A model generated the notes under the pieces. It did not search any database. It had not been told where the DNA came from and saw only the letters and a program-made list of their open reading frames with translations. From Candidatus Nomurabacteria bacterium (GTDB lineage: Bacteria > Patescibacteriota > Minisyncoccia > Phycocordibacterales > UBA9973): a stretch of DNA of 61,172 nt. Both the position numbers and the translations under genes were made by a program. The stretch lies in contig CALRAE010000003.1 of NCBI GenBank assembly GCA_943350445.1, positions 1 to 61,172 of the forward strand, in the 5' to 3' direction. Shown in pieces: positions 17,129 to 25,968 of this stretch; within the stretch, counting starts at the first letter, position 1, and each line of letters opens with the position of its first letter.

Positions 17129-17809
17129 ATGTTAGAAATTAAAAATCTTACAAAAACATTTAAAAGCGGAGATGAAAAGATTGTTGCGGTAAACAATTTG
17201 TCCTTTTTTGTTACCGCTGGGCAATTCTTGTCTATCACTGGACGATCTGGTTCAGGGAAGTCTACACTTTTGTATCAGCTTGGGCTTCTCGATATGCCGA
17301 CTTCTGGGCAGGTGCGTATCGACGGAGTGGACTTGGTGTCTGTACCCGAAAAAGAGCGCACTACTCTACGTCTAAACGACCTAGGATATATCTTTCAAGA
17401 TTACGCTATCTTGCCTTCACTTTCGGCCCTAGAAAACACTATGCTTCCACTTTTAATGCAGGGTTATGATTTTAAGAAGGCTCAAGAAAAAGCGAGAAAA
17501 GCTCTTACCAAAGTCGGTCTCTCTGATCGTGAGAATAATATACCAAGTGAACTTTCTGGTGGCCAACAGCAACGTGTGTCTATCGCGAGAGCCATCGCTC
17601 ATGATCCGAAAATAATTTTTGCCGATGAACCTACGGCAAACTTAGATTCAGAAACTTCCGAGCAGGTGATGAAGGTATTTTTGGATTTAAATAACGAAGG
17701 GCAGACCATCATAATGGTGACCCATGAAGAACAATATGCGCGTCTCTCACATCGAACAATTACTATGGTGGATGGTTCTATAGTTAATGATGTATTAAAT
17801 AAAAAGTAG
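17129..17809 (+). CDS. ABC transporter ATP-binding protein (MacB/LolD-like)
   Basis: Walker [10 protein letters not shown], signature LSGGQQQR, Walker B IIFADEPT. Confidence 0.9.
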   Translation: MLEIKNLTKTFKSGDEKIVAVNNLSFFVTAGQFLSITGRSGSGKSTLLYQLGLLDMPTSGQVRIDGVDLVSVPEKERTTLRLNDLGYIFQDYAILPSLSALENTMLPLLMQGYDFKKAQEKARKALTKVGLSDRENNIPSELSGGQQQRVSIARAIAHDPKIIFADEPTANLDSETSEQVMKVFLDLNNEGQTIIMVTHEEQYARLSHRTITMVDGSIVNDVLNKK

Positions 17810-17812
17810 AAC

Positions 17813-18451
17813 CTATCTGACTTGAGGTGGTCTCCAGAAGATGCGTTCTAGGATACCATGACTTTTCTTACGAGCTACTTTTTGTGCATATTTCTTGCCC
17901 CGCTTAAAACATTTATTGAGTATTTTATTATTTTTAAAAGTTTTGGTGTCACCACTATAAAATGCTCCCATTACTTTTGCATTGAAATACAAAAATACTC
18001 CACGGAGCCAGAAAGAGGGGAAGGCAAAGAATAAAATATGCTCTGCCCAGTTTGGTGTGCCTCCAGATACTAGGAAATATGTCTTTAGATGCCCGAGTGT
18101 TCCCATGGGTTGCCCTAGTTCGTTTTTCTTTGTGAAATCAAGAGCGAAGAACCTGATGCGGTCTACGAAATTCTTTAAATGCGCGGGTACAGAGAAATTG
18201 TATGTCGGCGTGGCGATGACTAGTCCCGAGAATTCATTCTTCATTCTATCTGTTAACTTTTTGAATTCTGGTTCTGTGTCCTCTGGCGCCTGCCTGTTTT
18301 CATAAGTGTAGTCATTAATCCGAATATCTTGTAAATAGATTTTTTCTACTTCAATACCTGAAACCTCTTTCATGCCGAGAATAAAATGATCCAACATTGT
18401 GTCGGAGTTCCTGCCTCTCGATGGGGAACATGCTATGGCTAATATTTTCAT
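17813..18451 (-). CDS. flavodoxin-like NAD(P)H-dependent FMN reductase family protein
   Basis: 212 aa with N-terminus MKILAIACSPSRGRNSDT and a flavodoxin-like fold signature (ATPTYNFSVPA). Confidence 0.6.
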   Translation of the reverse strand: MKILAIACSPSRGRNSDTMLDHFILGMKEVSGIEVEKIYLQDIRINDYTYENRQAPEDTEPEFKKLTDRMKNEFSGLVIATPTYNFSVPAHLKNFVDRIRFFALDFTKKNELGQPMGTLGHLKTYFLVSGGTPNWAEHILFFAFPSFWLRGVFLYFNAKVMGAFYSGDTKTFKNNKILNKCFKRGKKYAQKVARKKSHGILERIFWRPPQVR

Positions 18452-18542
18452 ATGATTATGTCCTTACATATTGGCATTTTTCCAACTAAAAAACCAGTCT
18501 ATTTACTCTCATTTGACTAGTTTTTACTTAAGTGGACTGGTA

Positions 18543-18570
18543 TTGACTTTTAATATATTTATGCTATTAT
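18543..18570 (+). promoter_or_regulatory. near-consensus promoter (TTGACT, 16-nt spacer, TGcTATTAT)
   Basis: TTGACT at 18543-18548 and TATTAT at 18565-18570, with TGc immediately upstream. An ATG follows 7 nt downstream. Confidence 0.6.
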
Positions 18571-18577
18571 GGTAGCA

Positions 18578-18703
18578 ATGGCCCTGAAAGGGTCTTTTAG
18601 TTTAAACAGTCCTTTGAAAATCACATATACAATAACAACTTTTCACGTGTGTGGAGAGGTGTGTGATGTTTGTTGGACGAATCGGTTAATTCGGTGTAAC
18701 TAG
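18578..18703 (+). CDS. possible leaderless small Cys-rich peptide (41 aa)
   Basis: MALKGSFSLNSPLKITYTITTFHVCGEVCDVCWTNRLIRCN. The ATG lies 7 nt after the -10 box, the same geometry as many bona fide genes in this window. Confidence 0.35.
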   Translation: MALKGSFSLNSPLKITYTITTFHVCGEVCDVCWTNRLIRCN

Positions 18704-18713
18704 TAACACGCGT

Positions 18714-19094
18714 ATGAAAAAACAGAACGAAAACAACGGAAATCTGGTGATGTGGATGGCGATCGCATTGGCGCTCGTGTGTCTCATCGGTAGCTCGGTG
18801 ATCATCAAACGCTATGGGTGGCCGCCAGGGAACAATATGACCAAGGAGTCGCCGGTGTTTACGCCGGTGGAGAAACTTTTCCTACCCGAGCCTGAGCCTT
18901 CGAGGAAGGACGGTTCAGCAGGGGATCTGGCGGCGAAGCCAGCCAGTTACAAGTTGGTAGTCGGGGCGAACCCGACGGTCAACCAGAAGCAGATATTCGC
19001 ACCTCCGACGAATTCGGTGGTGATCACGAATCAAGTGCAACTTGACCTGCTCACCAAGCAGGCCAAAGAGTCGCGCCAACAAGCAAAGAAGTAA
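18714..19094 (+). CDS. membrane-anchored protein, unknown function (GC-rich island)
   Basis: 126 aa with one TM helix (VMWMAIALALVCLIGSSVII) and a Pro/Glu-rich linker. Codon usage is GC-rich, unlike the neighbouring genes. Confidence 0.6.
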   Translation: MKKQNENNGNLVMWMAIALALVCLIGSSVIIKRYGWPPGNNMTKESPVFTPVEKLFLPEPEPSRKDGSAGDLAAKPASYKLVVGANPTVNQKQIFAPPTNSVVITNQVQLDLLTKQAKESRQQAKK

Positions 19095-19134
19095 AACAGC
19101 AATCAAAACCGCAACGCAGAAAAACACTCAGAAA

Positions 19135-20244
19135 ATGAAAACAAAAACGTTAATTGCCGCCATACTCATGGCGGCCGTCCTGTTCATAACGCAATTCAAC
19201 CTCAACGCTCAAACGTCCGTAACCCCACCAGTGGCGGTTCCGGAAACGTTGCCGATTGGTGACGCTGCAGATCTTCAGGCCTACGCCTGGGAGCAAGTGT
19301 CCCAGGTCGGCATCTACGGATGGGCTGCGTCATTAATTCGGTCCACGACAAATGCTCAGTCGGATCTGTGGGTTCAGTATTCACGTCCGAATGGTGTCGT
19401 TGATGTTGATGAAATACTCAACCTCATCAGGGGGCAACAGCTGCTTTTGAGCGTGCTGTATCCGAGTGACTCCCTGACTTTAGGGGTAAATCTCTGCGAT
19501 GCCGAAGGGAACAATTTGTTCTACGGCTACACACAGGGGGATATCAGTTCTCCAAGAAACGGAGTTTCGCGGAACACACTTTTTGTCGTTCTGGACATGA
19601 ACTCCGTTATCTCAATTCCGTTTGGGGCCGCTCAGAGGTTCCAGATTGTGGAGCGGGACGCAAACGGCAACCCCGTTCGTGTTTATCACTCCAGTGAGTG
19701 GGACGTTTACAACGGGAAGATTCGTTTCCCTGCGTATTTCGCGAACAAGTTGGGGGAGATGAGAGTCACCCTCAATGATGGCACAGAGGTAGCCTACAAC
19801 CTCTCTAGGGGAAAGAAAATCACTCCGACGGATGTCAAAGTCTTGATTGGCAACGTCTCCGCGCTTGGCACACGAACTTTCCGTGGCCCACTTGCAGTGG
19901 TCGTGGAAGTCAGTGAGGAGGAGTTCAAGAAGAACATCACTCCACTATCGCAGTTGGTAAATCCAGATGGGTTGATTCACTTCACTGCTTCAATAAACCG
20001 CTCGAACGTTTACGGCAATTATCCAGAATTTGCTTCGAGTGTGCATATCTGGCCACAAGGTCAGCCATCAAGCACGGCGCTGGTGATTCAAATCTCGCCT
20101 CTGGGGTATACCAAACTGTGGTTTCCTGGCAACGGCAGGTATTGGGTTAAGTTCAAGTTTCCGAGTGGTTGGCCCACCGAGAACCAATTCAGCCCGCCGT
20201 ATCGTTACGAGGAGCAGACCGTAACGGTCAGCGAGGGGAAGTAA
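19135..20244 (+). CDS. secreted protein, unknown function (GC-rich island)
   Basis: Start chosen at the internal ATG, giving MKTKTLIAAILMAAVLFITQFNLNAQ (signal peptide). 369 aa, no recognised domain. Confidence 0.6.
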   Translation: MKTKTLIAAILMAAVLFITQFNLNAQTSVTPPVAVPETLPIGDAADLQAYAWEQVSQVGIYGWAASLIRSTTNAQSDLWVQYSRPNGVVDVDEILNLIRGQQLLLSVLYPSDSLTLGVNLCDAEGNNLFYGYTQGDISSPRNGVSRNTLFVVLDMNSVISIPFGAAQRFQIVERDANGNPVRVYHSSEWDVYNGKIRFPAYFANKLGEMRVTLNDGTEVAYNLSRGKKITPTDVKVLIGNVSALGTRTFRGPLAVVVEVSEEEFKKNITPLSQLVNPDGLIHFTASINRSNVYGNYPEFASSVHIWPQGQPSSTALVIQISPLGYTKLWFPGNGRYWVKFKFPSGWPTENQFSPPYRYEEQTVTVSEGK

Positions 20245-20309
20245 GTCCTCGTTTCACATGGTTGTATACAACCCAGTCGAAAGACTGATTAAATTTCACA
20301 TCACGGATC

Positions 20310-20344
20310 GGGTCGCGAGTTTTACTCTGCGGCCCTTTCTTTTT
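20310..20344 (+). terminator. intrinsic terminator closing the GC-rich island
   Basis: The stem gggtcgcgag/ctctgcggccc (1-nt bulge) is followed by tttcttttt. Confidence 0.6.
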
Positions 20345-20363
20345 GCCAAAAAGCGCAAAATCA

Positions 20364-21419
20364 CTAAAAAATCCTCAAAAAAAGATTAAAGAGGTTTATG
20401 ATAGGGGACAAAATATAGTCGAACCACTTAGGTTTGTATGATTTGTAATCAAACAATGTAGCAGACTTTTTCCATTCTGTAGATATCTCTACTAGTTCTG
20501 ATACTACTTTTTGTTCTTTAAAGAATATTCCTACCTCAGAATTAAAATCGAAAGACAAGAAATCCAGGTTTTGTGAGCCCACCATAGCTTCTTTTTGGTC
20601 TATAATAATAACCTTGGCGTGATTCATTTTTTCTTCCAGATAGAATTTGACTCCCAGTTTAGATATTTTATATATGTAAAAATAATTTACTCTATCAACA
20701 ATGAAATTGTCTGTAGTTTTTGGTACTAGCACTTCAACATCAACTCCACGCAAGACTGCTTGGTGTAAAGCTGCCGACATCCAACGTTTTGGTATAAAAT
20801 AGGGTGTGATAAACGTCAGACTCGAAGTCGATTTATTCAAATATTTTTTGTAGATTTTTTTAAAATGGAATTTTGCTTTAACTGGTGAATGTTCAATGAT
20901 CCATGTGTCTGGTTTCCCTTCTTTATTTTTTTTATTTATAGATAAGAGGATAGGATCCATGCCACCAGCATTTATGTAAGATTTAGTAAATGACATGACC
21001 ACCCTCTCTACCAAGTGCCCTGTTATTTTAACCATTAAATCATTCCACAACCTTGATCTCTGGTGTAGGTTTACGCCCCCAATAAAGGCGATGCGCTTAT
21101 CTACGACTAGGACTTTGCGGTGCATACGATGGAGTAGATAAGAAAGTGAAAGTATTTCGACTCCTGAACTTTTTAATTCAGCGACTGAGCTATCTTTCAA
21201 CCCAGCACTTCCAAAAGAGTCCAGTATTAATTTCACCTGTAGTCCTTGCCCTGCTTTTTCCTTCAGTAGATTAAAAAAATTAAATTCAACCATATCATTT
21301 TCAAAAATATACATTTCTAAATATATGGATTGTTTAGCGTTCGACATACTTTCAAACATTACTCTCCATGCCTTTTCCGAATTAGTGAAAAACTTGTATT
21401 TCATCATGTCATTATACAC
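20364..21419 (-). CDS. phospholipase D-family protein (cardiolipin synthase-like, two HKD motifs)
   Basis: The HKD motifs are HRKVLVVD and HAKVIIID. 351 aa, with no N-terminal TM helices. Confidence 0.8.
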   Translation of the reverse strand: MYNDMMKYKFFTNSEKAWRVMFESMSNAKQSIYLEMYIFENDMVEFNFFNLLKEKAGQGLQVKLILDSFGSAGLKDSSVAELKSSGVEILSLSYLLHRMHRKVLVVDKRIAFIGGVNLHQRSRLWNDLMVKITGHLVERVVMSFTKSYINAGGMDPILLSINKKNKEGKPDTWIIEHSPVKAKFHFKKIYKKYLNKSTSSLTFITPYFIPKRWMSAALHQAVLRGVDVEVLVPKTTDNFIVDRVNYFYIYKISKLGVKFYLEEKMNHAKVIIIDQKEAMVGSQNLDFLSFDFNSEVGIFFKEQKVVSELVEISTEWKKSATLFDYKSYKPKWFDYILSPIINLFNLFLRIF

Positions 21420-21447
21420 GAATTAAGAGATGTGCTATAATGAACTT

Positions 21448-21573
21448 ATGGCAAAAAGAAATACAACACTTAGTCCTAAAAATAGGTCAAGACGTTCTCA
21501 TAAGACCAAGAAGCGACTTGCGATCAAGAATTTATTGCTTGCAAAGAAATCTCTTCAAGGAAAGTCTAAATAA
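21448..21573 (+). CDS. small, very basic protein (41 aa), leaderless geometry
   Basis: MAKRNTTLSPKNRSRRSHKTKKRLAIKNLLLAKKSLQGKSK. TGcTATAAT (21436-21441) lies 6 nt before the ATG. The ORF is below the track's size cutoff. Confidence 0.45.
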   Translation: MAKRNTTLSPKNRSRRSHKTKKRLAIKNLLLAKKSLQGKSK

Positions 21574-21630
21574 AGCATTTTAGGTTTTATTTATTTTTCA
21601 AAATCTTTTGAAATGTGCTATAATAGAGTC

Positions 21631-22305
21631 ATGGAAAACATAAAGAATTACAGTTTTTGGATTTTGGGTTTGGCATTATTTGTGTTTTCACTTGTTTTTT
21701 TCTTATCCGCACAGAATTTCTCTAAACAGGGATCATATGTAGAAGTAAAAGGGTTGTCTGAGAAGATTGTAAAGGCTGATGTGGCTATTTGGTCACTTAA
21801 CTTTGAGGTTAAATCAAACAATATTGATTGGCTTTATGCTGACATAGAAAAGAATCTTTTAACCATCAAGACATTTCTAAAAGAAAAAGGTTTTGAAGAA
21901 TCTGAAATAAATGTAGCCCCGGTAAATATATACCAAGACACATATCGAGATGCTCTTTTTAGATATAATGCGAATACTCAGCTCTCTGTCTATACTAAAA
22001 AAGTAGATATAGTACGTTCTGCATCTAAAGATACGTTACTTATAGTTAAAAAGGGAGTTACTTTAAACCAGAATTCTATTACATTTCAATTTTCTGATAT
22101 AAATAGTGTAAAGCCCGAGATGCTTGCAGAGGCTATCAAGAATGCGAAAATATCAGCAGAACAATTTGCCACCGAGTCTGGTTCTCGACTTGGGTCCATC
22201 TCTAGAGCTAATCAGGGGGTCTTTGATATTAGTGATAAAGATCCTGGCTCCCCAGAATTTAAAAAGATCCGTGTGGTTTCTAGTTTGAGGTTTCTTGTGA
22301 ACTAA
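21631..22305 (+). CDS. SIMPL/DUF541-like secreted or membrane-anchored protein
   Basis: Start moved to the ATG 6 nt after TGcTATAAT (21619-21624). It has an N-terminal TM or signal segment. The family assignment comes from overall resemblance and is weak. Confidence 0.5.
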   Translation: MENIKNYSFWILGLALFVFSLVFFLSAQNFSKQGSYVEVKGLSEKIVKADVAIWSLNFEVKSNNIDWLYADIEKNLLTIKTFLKEKGFEESEINVAPVNIYQDTYRDALFRYNANTQLSVYTKKVDIVRSASKDTLLIVKKGVTLNQNSITFQFSDINSVKPEMLAEAIKNAKISAEQFATESGSRLGSISRANQGVFDISDKDPGSPEFKKIRVVSSLRFLVN

Positions 22306-22315
22306 AGGTTACAAA

Positions 22316-22672
22316 ATGAATAAGCTAAGTGAAGAGGAAAAGAGGGTAATAATCAATAAAGGCACAGAAGTACCTTTTGTTGGGGAATATTACAAGAACC
22401 GAGAGGGTGGTGTTTATGTGTGTAAACAATGTGACAATCCTTTGTATACTTCAGAACAGAAATTTGAGTCTACTTGTGGCTGGCCATCTTTTGATGATGA
22501 GATAAATGGTGCGATAAAAAAGAGTTTGGATGTTGATGGTGTGCGTACTGAAATAACTTGTGCAAGATGTGGAGGGCATCTGGGCCATTTGTTTAAAGGT
22601 GAACATTTGACTAGGGCGGATATTCGACATTGTGTAAATTCGATATCATTAAAATTTATTCCTGGAAAATAA
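22316..22672 (+). CDS. msrB: peptide-methionine (R)-S-oxide reductase
   Basis: Two CxxC pairs (CKQC, CARC) and the catalytic region RHCVNS. 118 aa. Confidence 0.9.
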   Translation: MNKLSEEEKRVIINKGTEVPFVGEYYKNREGGVYVCKQCDNPLYTSEQKFESTCGWPSFDDEINGAIKKSLDVDGVRTEITCARCGGHLGHLFKGEHLTRADIRHCVNSISLKFIPGK

Positions 22673-22721
22673 TGTGTCGCGCTTTAATGGATGATTGCGC
22701 GGCATGATTTCGTAAAATCAT

Positions 22722-23207
22722 ATGAAAAAAATAGTATTAGCAGGAGGATGTTTTTGGGGTCTGGAAGATTTAATAAGGAAACAAGTGGGTGTGATAAACA
22801 CTACAGTGGGTTATATAGGTGGGAGCGTGGTGAATCCGACATATCACAACCATGAAGGTCATGCTGAAGCCGTGGAAGTGGAATATGATGAGCAGAAAAC
22901 TTCTTATAAAAATCTTCTAGATTTCTTTTTCCAGATACATAACCCGACTACGCTTAACCAGCAAGGCAACGACAAGGGCACTTCCTATCGCTCTGCTATT
23001 TTCTATGGAAATGATGAGGAAAAGAGAGAAGCTCTTAATTTTATAGCAATAGTAAATAAATCTAAGCGCTGGAAAGACCCAATAGTTACCACTCTTGAGC
23101 CATTGGTGCAGTTTTATAGAGCAGAAGACTACCATCAAGACTACTTAGAGAGGAATCCAGGCGGATATACTTGTCACGCTATATACTTTGATAGTTACTT
23201 AAAATAA
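22722..23207 (+). CDS. msrA: peptide-methionine (S)-S-oxide reductase
   Basis: The GGCFWG motif lies at the N-terminus. 161 aa. Confidence 0.9.
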   Translation: MKKIVLAGGCFWGLEDLIRKQVGVINTTVGYIGGSVVNPTYHNHEGHAEAVEVEYDEQKTSYKNLLDFFFQIHNPTTLNQQGNDKGTSYRSAIFYGNDEEKREALNFIAIVNKSKRWKDPIVTTLEPLVQFYRAEDYHQDYLERNPGGYTCHAIYFDSYLK

Positions 23208-23225
23208 CTATATAATGTCTTTTGT

Positions 23226-23735
23226 ATGGAAAATACAAATAAACCAAAGAAATCAATGAAATTAGTCATGGTTAGTGGGGGGTTTGACCCAGTCCATATA
23301 GGCCATGTACGTATGTTTAAAGAGGCAAAAAAGCTAGGAAATGAGCTTGTTGTTGTTATTAATAATGACAATTGGAAGAGGCAGAAAAGGAAGTATGTTT
23401 TTATGCCTGATAATGAACGTAAAGAAATTATCGAAGCGTTTGCATGTGTGGACAGAGTGGTTATTACTGGGCATTCCAAAAATCCAAAAGGTTCAGAGGC
23501 CATGAGCGTAAGTAAAGAGTTGCACAAAATCAAACCGCACATCTTTGCTAATGGTGGAGATAGGAATAAGAAAGATTCTCAAAATCCTGAATCTTCTCTA
23601 TACTATGACATAAAAACATGTAAGAAATTGGGTATCGAAATGGTTTTTAATGTTGGACATGGCGGCAAAGTTCAGAGTTCTTCAGAACTTGTAGAAAAAA
23701 GTGTTTTAGCAAAAGTTAAACAAAAAAAAATATGA
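23226..23735 (+). CDS. cytidylyl/adenylyl-transferase family protein (HIGH-motif nucleotidyltransferase, RfaE-II/TagD-like)
   Basis: GGFDPVHIGHVRMF...LVVVINND. Confidence 0.7.
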   Translation: MENTNKPKKSMKLVMVSGGFDPVHIGHVRMFKEAKKLGNELVVVINNDNWKRQKRKYVFMPDNERKEIIEAFACVDRVVITGHSKNPKGSEAMSVSKELHKIKPHIFANGGDRNKKDSQNPESSLYYDIKTCKKLGIEMVFNVGHGGKVQSSSELVEKSVLAKVKQKKI

Positions 23736-24520
23736 AGCCATTAGACGAAATGTTAAAAAAAGATTTGAGCGGGATAAAAATGATAGTTTTTGACGTGGAT
23801 GGGGTGTTGGTGCCGAGGGGGACCAAAATAAAGCAGTCAGGTAGTATCACAACACTCGAGACTAAAATAATCGCTGATAAACAAATAGAGCAAATAAAAG
23901 AATTGAGCGAAAGAGGATTTTTGATAAATATTAGTTCCGGTAGGGGACTTTATATGCTACAAGAGATGTTTCGGGGGATTTTGCCTTTTGTAAGTTTGAC
24001 TTATGAAAACGGCAGCGCTACTTGGTATCAGGGTAAAATATATCAACATGTAAATAGTTTCAAATATCTAAAAAATGTTTTCCCTAAGCTAAAAGAAATA
24101 ACTAAAGAGAATAAAGATGTGAAAGGTTTTGAACCGAAAGAATTTATAATAACGATACATTGTCAAAAACAAGTAAAAGAGATTGAAGATATAGTAAAAA
24201 AGGAAAAAGGTTTGACCACTATATGGAATGGCGAGGCTTATGATATTCAGATAGATAAAGATCAGACCAAGGCTGTGGGCCTTCAGCATGTGATGGAGAT
24301 ATTTAAATTAAAGAAGAAAAATGTAATGGCAATAGGGGATAATTATAATGATGCTGAGATGTTGCAAGAAAGCGGTTTACCCATATCTGCTGATAAAGAT
24401 AGAGTAGGGGGTAAATTCTATGTGCCACTCGAGGGGGAGTTTCTTCCGGCAGATTTGCTTATGCAGAAAATTTTATTTCTGAAAAGAAATGTGGTACAAT
24501 TAAAATGTGACAGAATTTAA
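23732..24520 (+). CDS. HAD-superfamily phosphatase (Cof/IIB-like)
   Basis: Motif I is FDVDGVL and motif IV is GDNYNDAEM. 262 aa. Confidence 0.75.
   Translation: MKPLDEMLKKDLSGIKMIVFDVDGVLVPRGTKIKQSGSITTLETKIIADKQIEQIKELSERGFLINISSGRGLYMLQEMFRGILPFVSLTYENGSATWYQGKIYQHVNSFKYLKNVFPKLKEITKENKDVKGFEPKEFIITIHCQKQVKEIEDIVKKEKGLTTIWNGEAYDIQIDKDQTKAVGLQHVMEIFKLKKKNVMAIGDNYNDAEMLQESGLPISADKDRVGGKFYVPLEGEFLPADLLMQKILFLKRNVVQLKCDRI
24435..24469 (+). repeat. 35-bp perfect direct repeat, copy 1 (inside the HAD gene 3' end)
   Basis: gggagtttcttccggcagatttgcttatgcagaaa, identical to 28006-28040. Confidence 0.95.
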
Positions 24521-24857
24521 AATATTTCAAGAAAAACGTCCGTGGGGGAACTTTCGGCAGTTTACTCACAATACTCTCTGCACGATAAAAATTATTTTTG
24601 TAAAGAAAGACGAGGCTTTTAGCTTGCAATATCACAATAACCGAACTGAGTTTTGGAAAATTCTTTCAGGGACCCCAGAAATTACAATAGGGGAATCGAC
24701 TATAAGCGCGAAGAAAGGTGACGAATTTGAAATACTGCCCAAAACAAGGCATCGTATCCATTCTGCTGATACTGACACTGAAATTTTAGAAATCTCTTCT
24801 GGTGATTTCGATGAAAATGATATTATAAGAATAGAAGATAAATATGGCCGTACTTAA
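24507..24857 (+). CDS. cupin-domain protein (mannose-6-phosphate isomerase type II C-terminal-like), GTG start
   Basis: EKRPWGNFRQF... and a cupin core. TGgTACAAT (24495-24500) lies 6 nt before the GTG. Confidence 0.65.
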   Translation: MTEFKIFQEKRPWGNFRQFTHNTLCTIKIIFVKKDEAFSLQYHNNRTEFWKILSGTPEITIGESTISAKKGDEFEILPKTRHRIHSADTDTEILEISSGDFDENDIIRIEDKYGRT

Positions 24858-25965
24858 AAAGAAAATCGTCTCATCAGCGATCCGTCGAAAAGCCGAAAAA
24901 ATAAATAGGAAAGTAAAGAAAAAAGTCACAAAAAAAACTACTAGAAAAGTTACTGCTCTTGACCTGAAACGATCAAAGAAAAATCCGATTATCGAACCGA
25001 TTAGTCATAGACACTGGGCATCAAAAGCAACATTCAACCCGACTGCTCTTTTTCATAATGGGAAGGTTCACATTATCTATCGGGCCATTGGAGAAAGCGA
25101 TAATTCTGTTTTAGGTTATGCAATAAGCAATAACGGTTTTGCTGTATCAGACAGCTTTCCCACACCTGTTTATTTTCATTTCATGAGAAAAAATAAAGAT
25201 AGCTCTTTACCATCAATTTCATACAGCTCAGGTGGTGGCTGGGGTGGCGGGTGTGAGGATCCCAGATTGACACTTTTGGGCGATCAAGTGTATATGATAT
25301 ACACATCTTTTGATGGGTGGGGCTCTGTGCGAATGGCTTTGACATCTATCAATTTAGATGATTTCATATCTAGACGCTGGAATTGGAAAGAACCGGTATT
25401 AATTTCTCCGCCTGGGCAAATAAATAAAAATTGGGTGCTTTTTCCGGAGAAAATAAAAGGAAAGTATGCCATTCTTCACAGCATTTCTCCTAAAATAATG
25501 ATAGATTATTTTGATAGTCTAGATGAACTGGACGGAGATAATTATCTATACAGCGTTCATAAAGCAAGTCGTTTATGGGAATATAGAGATAAATTTATAC
25601 GCGGGGTCGGACCTTCTCCCTTAAAAACGAAATATGGCTGGCTAGTTTTGTATCATAAAATGGAGAAAGATGATTCTGATAGATATAAACTATGGACCAT
25701 GATCTTAGACGCGAAAGATCCAACTAAAATTTTATATAATTCAAATCAACCAATTTTAGAACCAGACGAATGGTATGAAAATGAGGGATATAAGGCAGGG
25801 GTAGTATATTCCTGCGGAGCGGTCATTAAGGATGGAAAGTTATTTGTATACTATGGTGGTGGTGATAAAGTTTCCTGTGTGGCCACAGCCAATTTGGATA
25901 AATTTTTACAAGAATTGATTCATCCCAACCTCTCCAAATTAGAAAGTAAAAAAATTAAAGCATAA
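24844..25965 (+). CDS. GH130/DUF377-family glycoside phosphorylase-like protein
   Basis: Blocks NPT..F..GK....YRA, CEDPRL and GW.VLYH. 373 aa, with a Lys-rich N-terminal tail. Confidence 0.7.
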   Translation: MAVLKKKIVSSAIRRKAEKINRKVKKKVTKKTTRKVTALDLKRSKKNPIIEPISHRHWASKATFNPTALFHNGKVHIIYRAIGESDNSVLGYAISNNGFAVSDSFPTPVYFHFMRKNKDSSLPSISYSSGGGWGGGCEDPRLTLLGDQVYMIYTSFDGWGSVRMALTSINLDDFISRRWNWKEPVLISPPGQINKNWVLFPEKIKGKYAILHSISPKIMIDYFDSLDELDGDNYLYSVHKASRLWEYRDKFIRGVGPSPLKTKYGWLVLYHKMEKDDSDRYKLWTMILDAKDPTKILYNSNQPILEPDEWYENEGYKAGVVYSCGAVIKDGKLFVYYGGGDKVSCVATANLDKFLQELIHPNLSKLESKKIKA

Positions 25966-25968
25966 TTT

